A DNA stretch of 64,000 bases from an uncultured bacterium (GTDB taxonomy: Bacteria; Verrucomicrobiota; Kiritimatiellia; RFP12; UBA1067). The translations under genes were made by a program, and so were the position numbers. Shown one piece after another: positions 44,285 through 53,119 of this stretch. The notes beneath the pieces are model-generated. The model was given only the letters and a program-made list of their open reading frames with translations. It was not told where the DNA came from and made no database searches. Location: NCBI GenBank assembly GCA_902779865.1, contig CACZDG010000003.1, positions 3,200 through 67,199 of the forward strand, written 5' to 3'. Positions within the stretch are counted from its first letter, which is position 1, and each line of letters begins with the position of its first letter.

Positions 44285-47200
44285 ATGCAGCAGATTTTCC
44301 ACATGCGCGGCGAGAACGGCAAGGACTATGACGTTCCCGAGAACGAGATGGAGGAGTTCAAGCAGTATGTGCCGAACGCCATGCGCGTCAACTCGCACTT
44401 CGGGAAGAACGGGAAGACATACGACGTTCCCGAAAACGAGACGGAGGAGTTCAAGCAGTATGTGCCCGACGCGCAGCCGATGCGCCGCTACTCCTTCTCC
44501 GACGGCTCCACCCGCGACTTCACCGTGCCGGAGCTTGCGAAGTTCCTGCGCTCCGACGAATACCGCAAGGGCGAGAGGTACGCCAAGGACAGGGAGGCGG
44601 ACGAAAAGGCGATGGCCGACTGGCAGCGCAGGCGCGACGCGGCGCAGGCCGCCGTGCCGTCGGAGTTGCAGCCAAGGGGTTTCGGCTCCGCGCTGACCCG
44701 CAACATGCTGTCGGCGGAGGGCATACGCGAAACGGCGGAAGACAGTCCTTCCGCGTGGCTCTACGGCTTTTTCAACGATGTTGCAAACTCGTTCGTCGGC
44801 GGCATAGGCAGCGGAAGCGGCAAAATCACCGAAGCCACGGGGCACCTCATCGGCAACAACGCCGTCGGCAACGCGCTCGTGGAAGAAGGCCGCGCGGGAC
44901 AGCAGGCCATCAGACAGGCGCTACCCACGGACATGGCCCCGAAGACGGGCAACGCCGTGGTGGACAAGGTGGCGGACGTAGGCAGGGGCGTGGCGAGCGT
45001 GACGGGCGAGTTCCTGCCAGCCGCCATTCCCGGCGTAGGGCAGGCATACGCCGCAAGTACGCTAAGTGCTGGGGCCGTGAACCGCATGAACCAGGTGTAC
45101 GACGCCGCGAAGGGAAACGGCTTTTCGGACGCGGCCGCGAGCTCGCTTGCATTTGGCGCGGGCGCGGTGGACGCCTTGCAGAACATCCTTCTGATGAAGG
45201 GTTTTAAGGGCATTTGGAACGGCGCGGAGAAACAGGCGGCGGACGCCGTGAAGCAGTCGCTGGTGAAGAAACTTACGGTCGATACGCTCAAGACAGGCGC
45301 AACGATGGGCGCGGGCGGCATGGCACAGGACGTGGTGGACCAGAACGTCGGCATCGACAGGGAGGGCAACGTGAGCGCGGTGCTCCCCTACGACATACGC
45401 CGCACGGCGGAGGTGGGGATTGATCAGTTCCTCGAAGGAGGGGCGTTCCACCTCGTCAACACGGGTGTACATGCGGTGAAGAGACGCATAATAGACGTAA
45501 AGTGGGAGGACGACGCAAGAAGCGATGGCGCGGAGGCGGCGCGACGCGCACTTGACGCGCCGGAGGGACGCGCCCTCGTCATGTGCAACAACCCGGAAGC
45601 CGCCAAGAAGATTCTTGAGGCGCGGTCGCAGGGCAAGGACGTTAGCCGAAAGATGCTGGAGGATTTGGGCATTCCCGTGGACGTCGCGCCAAGCAAGACG
45701 GACAGAAACGCGCTTGCGGACGCGATGATTGGCGACTACCGCGCCTACAAGGAGTGGCAGAGGCGGCTTCCAGACGCGGAGCAGTCAGCCGCGCTGAACA
45801 CGGAGATCGCCGGGATAGGCGTGGAGGTCGAAGAGAATGGCGAGATGACGGAGACGGCGTCGCTCATCCGCCAGGGGGTGCTTTCCAAAATCAAGGACGC
45901 GAAGGAACTTGACGACCCGAAGCGCAGGGCGGACTTGGTGTACGAGGCGGCGAAGGGGCTTCTGGGCGACAACGTGGGAATCGAGGGTCAGCCGCTCACG
46001 CCGCCGGAGCCCCCCGCAGAAACGCCGAAAAACGCCCCTGTGAGCGCTCCGCCGCCGGAAGGCACAACCACGCCGCCGGAACCGGCGGAGCCGCCACAGC
46101 CAGCGGAAGCCCCCGAATCCGCCACGCCAGAGCCCAAGCCGGAAACGCCGAGTCCCGTGTCGCCTGCGGAAGCTGGCGAAACCCCTGCGGAGCACTCGCG
46201 GCGAATCATCGAAGAGGGGCGCAGGAACCTTGCCGCGTCCCCGAACGCGAAGACCGTCAAGACCGGCAAGAAGGACGCCACCGCCACCATCTACACGCCG
46301 ACGGACGGCACTGGCGCGTTCAAGGTGACGAGAAAGACGTTCACGCACGGGTTCCGCGGCCCCAACAGGGCCGACAACGAGGCGGTGAGCCAGCACCTGG
46401 GCGAAACGCTCGACGGCTCGCTCGCACTCCCGGAGCATGGCACGGACGGCACGCGCTTCCGCATGTCTGCGGTCAAGATCGGCGGCGAGGACGCCCACGT
46501 GCTTTTCACGATCAACAAGGCCGGGAGCGTGACGGACGTTGACGTGCTGAAGGGCCTGAACGCAAAACGAAACCCCGAAGGGACAAAGCTAAGCACGTCA
46601 GAGACGTTGGCCGCCGGTACCTTCGAGGTGTCGGAAGGCAGTATAGCAGATTTCGACCGCGTTTGGCAAGAGCAATTCAAGCCCGGAATAACGAAGCCGA
46701 AAACCGTCAAGGCCGACCCGAAGAAGGCCGCGAAGGCCGTTGAGGGTTTCGTGGCGACCGACCCCACGCGCAAGACGCTGATGCACGTCCACCACGACCA
46801 CGAGGAAGGCGTGGCCGTCGCGACAGACGGGCGCGTCTTGATCGCCACGAAACACGGCTACGACAAGAACGCAAAGGACGACCCCGAAGCGCCCTACCCC
46901 AACTGGCGGCAGGTAATCCCGGACTACGACGGCAAGACGTACAGGACATTCACGGAAGAGTACGTGGAGGGCAAGGGCAAGTGGAGGAAAAAGGCCGTCG
47001 ATCTTCCCGTCCACACGCTGGAGACCGACCCCGCCGCCGTATCGGCCGCCTGCAAGAAGGCCGCGTCCCTCGCAAAGGCCGTAGGGCACGAAGGCGCGGT
47101 GTACGCCTCGCTCGAACTCCCGGACGGCGGGCGTGTCATGATGGACCCCGCCTACCTCCGCAAGGTGGCGGACGCGATGGGCGCGAACGGCATCACGGAG

Positions 47201-50200
47201 ATCAGGGCCGTCGCGCCGAACAGGCCGATCCTCGCGAAAAACGCGGACACCACCATCGTCGCCATGCCGCTGCGCGGAGGCACGACCGATGCGCCCACGG
47301 GACGCGTCTCCGGCAACCCGCTCGTCATCGACGCCATGACGGGCCGCATTCTGACAGCGCCGGAGCGCAGCGACAACACGGCGATGACAAGCCGCAAGTG
47401 GGCGGACGAGCTGAAAAAGGAGATCGCGCGCGCCCGCGACGACGCGATGGCCGACGCGCGCACCGAAGACCTGTTCAAGAACATCGCGGGCGCATGGAAG
47501 CGCGGCGAGACGGACGCGAAGGCCGTGTTCGACGGCTATTCGGGCGATGGCGCGTGGGAAAAGCTCCCGCAGACGGAGCGGACGCGGTTCGAGGAGTGGT
47601 TCGCGCTGAAGGACGAGAACGCCCTCGCGGAGAAAGTCGCCGAATACGTCGCCGACCAGTTCCCAGACCTCAACCGCTGGCGCAAGGACCTTCCGCGCGA
47701 GGTCGCGAAAATCGAGAAGCGAATCGCAGCCGAGGACGAGATAGACGCCCTCATGGCCGGCGAGCCGCCGCCGGCCCCCGCCCCCAAGCCCGTCAACAAG
47801 GGCAAGGGCAAGGAAGCCGTCCAGGCGGCAAAGGCGCTCGGTTCGCCGGACGCGGCAAGCCCGCTCCGCCCCGCGCCGAAGGGCGCAAAGCTTGTGCAGG
47901 GCGAGTTCGACGGCATGGGCGGCGAGACGGCGGCAAGGCCGGAGGCTACCGCGCTGAAAGGCAAGTCTGACCTCTCCAAACCGGACAACGTAATAGCCCT
48001 TCGCGAATATGTGAAGGGTGTCACGCCCACGCCCATTCCACAAAGACTTTCTGACGGGAAGCCAAAGACCGCACTTGAATGGTTCGAGGCAAACATGGTA
48101 GGCAAGACGTTCTCGTTCGACATTCCGGGGTACGGGCACCGCGAGTTCACCGTGAAGCCCGGACACATAGGAACTCTAGTTTGCAGGGGCGGGCGGAATG
48201 CCGACGGCACAAGGATCGTGAAAGGACGCATTGCAAAGGCGAACGGAGACATAGCCCGCGCGTTTGAGATGGTTCGCAATGGCGAGGTTTCCGAAGCGGA
48301 CGTGGAGGGATGGGATCCCCTTCGCGCAAAATCACTCCCTCTCGTTCCAGAGGTGTTCAAGTCGTTTGATGTGGCCCTTCACGAAAAAGACGCACACGGA
48401 AACGACATCGTAATCCTCGCTAAGAAGTTCGTGAACAAGAAGGGTCGCCCAAACGTCGTCGTCATGAAGTTGGTAAACGACAACGTTTCGATAGGTCCGC
48501 TGTCATCGCACGTTGGCGACCTGACTTTCTCCTGGCTGAAAAATAAAGACCTCCTCCTCACGGATGAGGGGAAGGTCTATGACGGGGCTGCGAATGACTC
48601 CGCAAGTCGCAGTCCACTTAAAGGGGATAACGCGGAGGGCAACTCCCCTGAAAGCGGCGATATGATACCACGTCCCGGCGGCGAAGTCAAGGGCGGCGCG
48701 GAAAATTCGCAAGAGACGAAAAAGACGCCAGACCCGCAGAACGCCGCCCGCAACCCGTCCGCGCTACGCGACCCCGCGTTCGTGAAGTGGGCGAAATCGA
48801 AGGGACGCGCCCCGACGCCCTTCGCGCGACGCGCCTACGACGCCGCGCAGCTCCGCGCCGCCGTCCCCCTCTACCGCAACGTCTTCCCCGACATGAACAT
48901 CGTGATCCACGACAAGGTGGAGGATCCCGCGAAGTGGACGGCCGACCACCCCGACGGAACGCAGAAGATGATTGGCGGCGTAGGCGGAGCGTCGAACATG
49001 GGCATAAAGGGAGCGGCAGACGCCGAAGCGCTGGAAAAGGCCGGCAAGGACCGCGAGGAAATCTGGCGCAAGACAGGCTGGTGGCGTGCCAAGGATGGCA
49101 AGTGGCGCTTCGAGCTGCCGTCCACCAAGATGAAGGACGCAAGGGCGCTTTATGCTGCGCTCATCGAAGGACACAACGAGACGACGCTCGGAAAGATACT
49201 GGACGCACCCGAACTGTTCGAGGCGTATCCGCAGCTGAAAGACACGAAGATCATCCTTTCGCCGGAGCATAACGACGAAACTGGAGGATGGTATAACCGT
49301 ATCAAGAACGAAATCGTCCTCTTCGACGCCGGCCTCGTTTCCTTAAAGGACATGCCGTCACACGAAAGGGATCTTCGAGACACCTACCAGAGAGTGCTTG
49401 ATTCGGACGAGTTCGTCCGCCGTAGATTCGCAGACATGGATGCGTTCGGCATCGAGCATGGCACAGTCGAGGAGGAGCGCGAGTACGCGAGGTGGTGGAT
49501 CGAACGGCAGGATAAAGGAATCGCCAGGACCAACGAGACGAAAATCCGCGACCTGGCGAACGACAGGAGGGTTTGGAGCGTATTCGGAAAGATAATCCAC
49601 GAGGTACAGCATGCAGTGCAGCACATCGAGGGCTTCGCGACGGGCGCAAGCGGCAATGAGGATGGATACAGCCGTTTCGCCGGCGAGGTTGAGGCACGCA
49701 ATGCTGCGCGGCGTGAAGCCATGTCGCCGGAGGAGCGCGCGGCCACGCCGCCATGGGCGAGCGAAGATGTTGCGGAGGGCACGCAGATAATACGACGCAT
49801 GATCGTCGATCCGAAGAGCGGCGAAGTCCTCGGATGGTACACGCCGCAGTTCAAGGAGGTGCACCTCAACCCCGGCGCGACCGTGGAGACGCTCGCCCAC
49901 GAGATGCTCCACGCCGTGCAGGACTGGGCCAAGACGAACAGCCCCAAGCTCGCGAAGGCGCTGGACGACATCGCCCGCGACTGCCCGGAACGGCTCAAGA
50001 AGCGCATCATGCGCGCATACGGCGTAGTCTCGCCGGAGACCATCATGAAGGAGTGGGGCGCGTTCAACTTCATGGGCGGCCCGGAGGGCGGCAGGGGCAG
50101 GGGCGGCGCGGCCCTACGCGACGAGCTGGCCAAGCGCGAGAACGCCGCGTGGCTCGGGCGGTTCTGGGACGCGGCGAAGGACGCATGGAAGGACATGGCC

Positions 50201-53119
50201 GCGAAGATGGGCGGCAACCGCATCGACCTCGACGCGATAGACTCCAAGACCCCGCAGGAGGCCATGGACTTCCTCGCCCGCGCGTTCGCCGAGGGCGGCA
50301 CCGTCGGCAAGGCCAATCCCCCCGGCAAGTCCGTGCGCCCCGCAATCGACATGACGAAGCCGCTCTCCTTCGCTGAGAAGTGGGACGTCAACCTCCACGA
50401 CTACCGCAGCCCCCTGAAGTGGCTGCGCGACGAGATGGCGAAGCGCGGCTCGTCGTTCGCCGACGACACCGACTTCTACGAGGCCGCACGGCTCCAGAAG
50501 GGATACGACCAGGCCGCCGTCAACGACGCGAACCGCCGCCTGAAGGAGTACACCGGCAAGCTCAAGAAGCTCGGCGTGAAGCACGAGGAGGTCGTGGAGT
50601 TCATGCAGGCCCAGGCCGCCAAGGACCGCAACGCCATGATCCTGGAGAAGTTCGGGCGCGAGAACGGCTCCGGCATGACGGACGCGGAGGCCGCGCGCAC
50701 GATCAAGGCGTTCGAGGACGCGGGCAAGGGCGACGCCCTGCGCGAGATCTCGGACTTCCTCCTCGACATGCAGCGCGAGGGATTGCAGTACCGCGTCGAA
50801 ACGGGGCTCCTCTCCGCAGAGGACGCGCAGAGGATGGCCGACCGCGAGCCGTTCCACGTCCCCTTCCGCTCCGCCGTCGATCCAGAGACCGGCGACTACG
50901 TGCAGTGGGGCAGCGACAAGGCCCTCGAAAAGGCCGAGTTCAAGGAGGCGAAGGGCCGCAAGACGCTCGCCGACGACGTGGTCGGCTGGATGTTCTCCGA
51001 GTTCATCGACGCCCACACTCGCGGCAACGAGAACCGCATACGCAAGATGGTCGCCGACGCGATGCGGCTCAACGCGAAGTCCGGCGTCGGCAAGATACTC
51101 AAGGGCGCCCGCAAGCAGAGCGCATACGACTTCTCCGCCGGAGAGTACAAGACCGGCGCGGACGGCGACGGGCGCACGGGCGACAAGGCGAAGACCGCGA
51201 TTGTGGACGATCCGCGCTTCCGCGAATCCCGCAAGAACGGCGACGGCGGGCGAAAGAACGTCCTCGCCTTCAAGGAGGGAGGGCGGACGCACTACATCGA
51301 GTTCGCCGAGGGCGAGCGCGGCGAGCGGTTGCAGGCCGCCGTCAACGGGCGCGACCTCAAGAGCATGGGCAAGCTGTGGAAGAGGGGAATGCGCTTCTGG
51401 TCGTCCACCGCAACCGAGTGGGCGCCCACGTTCGCGCTGCGCAACTTCGCGGCGGACAACATCGACGTGTTCGGCAACTACATCGGCGAGCACGGGATCG
51501 TCAAGGGCTCGGCGTCCTACGCGCGGCACCTGAAGAACGCCGCCGCGCTCACCCCCGCCATAACGCGGTACATCGCCACCGGCGACATCCCGCAGGGCGT
51601 CGGCGGCGAGTGGATAAGGCGCTACGAGCAGTCCGGCGGCTTGATCGCGGGCTACGCATCCGAGGGCTACGGCGAGATCACGGCGAAGATCGACGCCGAG
51701 ATCGCCAAAAGCGGCAGGTCGAAAGGCGCGGCAATCATAAACGCCGTGAAAACAGCAATAACGTCACCTTTGAAATCCGTCCGGAAGGTGCTGGGGAAAG
51801 TCTGGTATCCGATTGACGTCCTGAACCGCTACGCCGAGCTGCTGACGCGCGTGTCCGCGTTCAGGACGCAGTGCGAGAACGGCATGACCGACCACAAGGC
51901 CGCGCTCTGGAGCCGCGAATCGACAGTTGACTTCAACGAGAAGGGAAACTTCACCGGCATCACCAACGGCCTGTGGATGTTCTCCAACTCCACGCTCGGC
52001 GCGTCCGCCCGCCAGCTGAAGAGCATTTTCAAGTCGAAATACGGCTGGCAGACCGTCGCCGCATTCGTCGGCTACGGACTCGCCGAGGGACTGCTCGAAG
52101 CCCTGATGAACGGCGACGACGAGGAGCGCGAGGCGAAGGGCGAGGGCGCGGGAAAGGACGTGTCCGAGTACACCCGCGCCAACTCGCTCTACGTGCGCAG
52201 GGGAGGCAGGGTGTACCGCGTCCCGTTCCACGCCGGGCCGTTCTCATACATCAAGTACGCAGGGAACTGCGCGGCACGCGTCATGCTGGGGAAGATGAAG
52301 CCGGAGGACGCCGCGAAGGAACTTGGTTGGGAGGCCCTGTCGCAGCTCTTCCACTACACGGGAGTCGGAGACGTGAACATGCAGTCCCAGAGCGGGAGGT
52401 TCGCGGACGATGCCGCCACATTCGCCGGAACGGCCGCGCCGTCCCTCGCGCAGCCGCTCGTGCAGGGCGCGTTCAACATCGACCACGCGGGGCGCAGCAT
52501 CTACAACGAGGGCTTCCCCGGCGACAGGACGCCCCGCTCCGCGCAGGGCCGCCGCTCCACGCCAGGATGGGCGAAGGACGCGGCGGCGTGGCTCAACGAG
52601 GCCACGCGCTCCGAGGGGCACGAGACCGGCTACATCGACCTCCCGCCGGAGATAATCAAGATGGCCGGCGAGGCCGTCGGAAAGAACCTCCTCCGCGACG
52701 TGATGAACGCCGGAACGGTCTGCGCCATGGCGTTCGGCGACGAGAAGTACGACGTGCGCAACGTCCCCGTCGCCCGCGACTTCGTGCGCGCCGTGGACGG
52801 CAACGACCGCCGCTACAACGACGCCAGGAAGGAATACGAGGCCAACGCGGACTACCTCAAAAAGCACGCCCGCGAGATGTCCGCAGAGGAGCGCAGGGCC
52901 TACGTCGAGAAGTTCCCCCACGCCGCGTTCGTCGCCAAGGGCAGGCAGCGGCTGGACGGCCTGGAGACGGAGATACGCCGCCTCCGCAAGATGGAGGACG
53001 GCTTCGCGTTCGTGAAAGGAAAAGCCGTTCCCCGCGAATGGCCGGAGGAACGGCTTGAGGCGTTCAGGAAGCGCCGCCGCGAGCTTCAGGCGCTGTTTCT
53101 CAAGGAGATGGGCATGTAG
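44285..53119 (+). CDS. 2944-aa polyvalent virion protein (beta-clamp-like module, two HExxH modules, long helical C-terminal part)
   Basis: Single uninterrupted ORF with consistent G/C third positions. Motifs are detailed in the findings. Confidence 0.85.
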   Translation: MQQIFHMRGENGKDYDVPENEMEEFKQYVPNAMRVNSHFGKNGKTYDVPENETEEFKQYVPDAQPMRRYSFSDGSTRDFTVPELAKFLRSDEYRKGERYAKDREADEKAMADWQRRRDAAQAAVPSELQPRGFGSALTRNMLSAEGIRETAEDSPSAWLYGFFNDVANSFVGGIGSGSGKITEATGHLIGNNAVGNALVEEGRAGQQAIRQALPTDMAPKTGNAVVDKVADVGRGVASVTGEFLPAAIPGVGQAYAASTLSAGAVNRMNQVYDAAKGNGFSDAAASSLAFGAGAVDALQNILLMKGFKGIWNGAEKQAADAVKQSLVKKLTVDTLKTGATMGAGGMAQDVVDQNVGIDREGNVSAVLPYDIRRTAEVGIDQFLEGGAFHLVNTGVHAVKRRIIDVKWEDDARSDGAEAARRALDAPEGRALVMCNNPEAAKKILEARSQGKDVSRKMLEDLGIPVDVAPSKTDRNALADAMIGDYRAYKEWQRRLPDAEQSAALNTEIAGIGVEVEENGEMTETASLIRQGVLSKIKDAKELDDPKRRADLVYEAAKGLLGDNVGIEGQPLTPPEPPAETPKNAPVSAPPPEGTTTPPEPAEPPQPAEAPESATPEPKPETPSPVSPAEAGETPAEHSRRIIEEGRRNLAASPNAKTVKTGKKDATATIYTPTDGTGAFKVTRKTFTHGFRGPNRADNEAVSQHLGETLDGSLALPEHGTDGTRFRMSAVKIGGEDAHVLFTINKAGSVTDVDVLKGLNAKRNPEGTKLSTSETLAAGTFEVSEGSIADFDRVWQEQFKPGITKPKTVKADPKKAAKAVEGFVATDPTRKTLMHVHHDHEEGVAVATDGRVLIATKHGYDKNAKDDPEAPYPNWRQVIPDYDGKTYRTFTEEYVEGKGKWRKKAVDLPVHTLETDPAAVSAACKKAASLAKAVGHEGAVYASLELPDGGRVMMDPAYLRKVADAMGANGITEIRAVAPNRPILAKNADTTIVAMPLRGGTTDAPTGRVSGNPLVIDAMTGRILTAPERSDNTAMTSRKWADELKKEIARARDDAMADARTEDLFKNIAGAWKRGETDAKAVFDGYSGDGAWEKLPQTERTRFEEWFALKDENALAEKVAEYVADQFPDLNRWRKDLPREVAKIEKRIAAEDEIDALMAGEPPPAPAPKPVNKGKGKEAVQAAKALGSPDAASPLRPAPKGAKLVQGEFDGMGGETAARPEATALKGKSDLSKPDNVIALREYVKGVTPTPIPQRLSDGKPKTALEWFEANMVGKTFSFDIPGYGHREFTVKPGHIGTLVCRGGRNADGTRIVKGRIAKANGDIARAFEMVRNGEVSEADVEGWDPLRAKSLPLVPEVFKSFDVALHEKDAHGNDIVILAKKFVNKKGRPNVVVMKLVNDNVSIGPLSSHVGDLTFSWLKNKDLLLTDEGKVYDGAANDSASRSPLKGDNAEGNSPESGDMIPRPGGEVKGGAENSQETKKTPDPQNAARNPSALRDPAFVKWAKSKGRAPTPFARRAYDAAQLRAAVPLYRNVFPDMNIVIHDKVEDPAKWTADHPDGTQKMIGGVGGASNMGIKGAADAEALEKAGKDREEIWRKTGWWRAKDGKWRFELPSTKMKDARALYAALIEGHNETTLGKILDAPELFEAYPQLKDTKIILSPEHNDETGGWYNRIKNEIVLFDAGLVSLKDMPSHERDLRDTYQRVLDSDEFVRRRFADMDAFGIEHGTVEEEREYARWWIERQDKGIARTNETKIRDLANDRRVWSVFGKIIHEVQHAVQHIEGFATGASGNEDGYSRFAGEVEARNAARREAMSPEERAATPPWASEDVAEGTQIIRRMIVDPKSGEVLGWYTPQFKEVHLNPGATVETLAHEMLHAVQDWAKTNSPKLAKALDDIARDCPERLKKRIMRAYGVVSPETIMKEWGAFNFMGGPEGGRGRGGAALRDELAKRENAAWLGRFWDAAKDAWKDMAAKMGGNRIDLDAIDSKTPQEAMDFLARAFAEGGTVGKANPPGKSVRPAIDMTKPLSFAEKWDVNLHDYRSPLKWLRDEMAKRGSSFADDTDFYEAARLQKGYDQAAVNDANRRLKEYTGKLKKLGVKHEEVVEFMQAQAAKDRNAMILEKFGRENGSGMTDAEAARTIKAFEDAGKGDALREISDFLLDMQREGLQYRVETGLLSAEDAQRMADREPFHVPFRSAVDPETGDYVQWGSDKALEKAEFKEAKGRKTLADDVVGWMFSEFIDAHTRGNENRIRKMVADAMRLNAKSGVGKILKGARKQSAYDFSAGEYKTGADGDGRTGDKAKTAIVDDPRFRESRKNGDGGRKNVLAFKEGGRTHYIEFAEGERGERLQAAVNGRDLKSMGKLWKRGMRFWSSTATEWAPTFALRNFAADNIDVFGNYIGEHGIVKGSASYARHLKNAAALTPAITRYIATGDIPQGVGGEWIRRYEQSGGLIAGYASEGYGEITAKIDAEIAKSGRSKGAAIINAVKTAITSPLKSVRKVLGKVWYPIDVLNRYAELLTRVSAFRTQCENGMTDHKAALWSRESTVDFNEKGNFTGITNGLWMFSNSTLGASARQLKSIFKSKYGWQTVAAFVGYGLAEGLLEALMNGDDEEREAKGEGAGKDVSEYTRANSLYVRRGGRVYRVPFHAGPFSYIKYAGNCAARVMLGKMKPEDAAKELGWEALSQLFHYTGVGDVNMQSQSGRFADDAATFAGTAAPSLAQPLVQGAFNIDHAGRSIYNEGFPGDRTPRSAQGRRSTPGWAKDAAAWLNEATRSEGHETGYIDLPPEIIKMAGEAVGKNLLRDVMNAGTVCAMAFGDEKYDVRNVPVARDFVRAVDGNDRRYNDARKEYEANADYLKKHAREMSAEERRAYVEKFPHAAFVAKGRQRLDGLETEIRRLRKMEDGFAFVKGKAVPREWPEERLEAFRKRRRELQALFLKEMGM

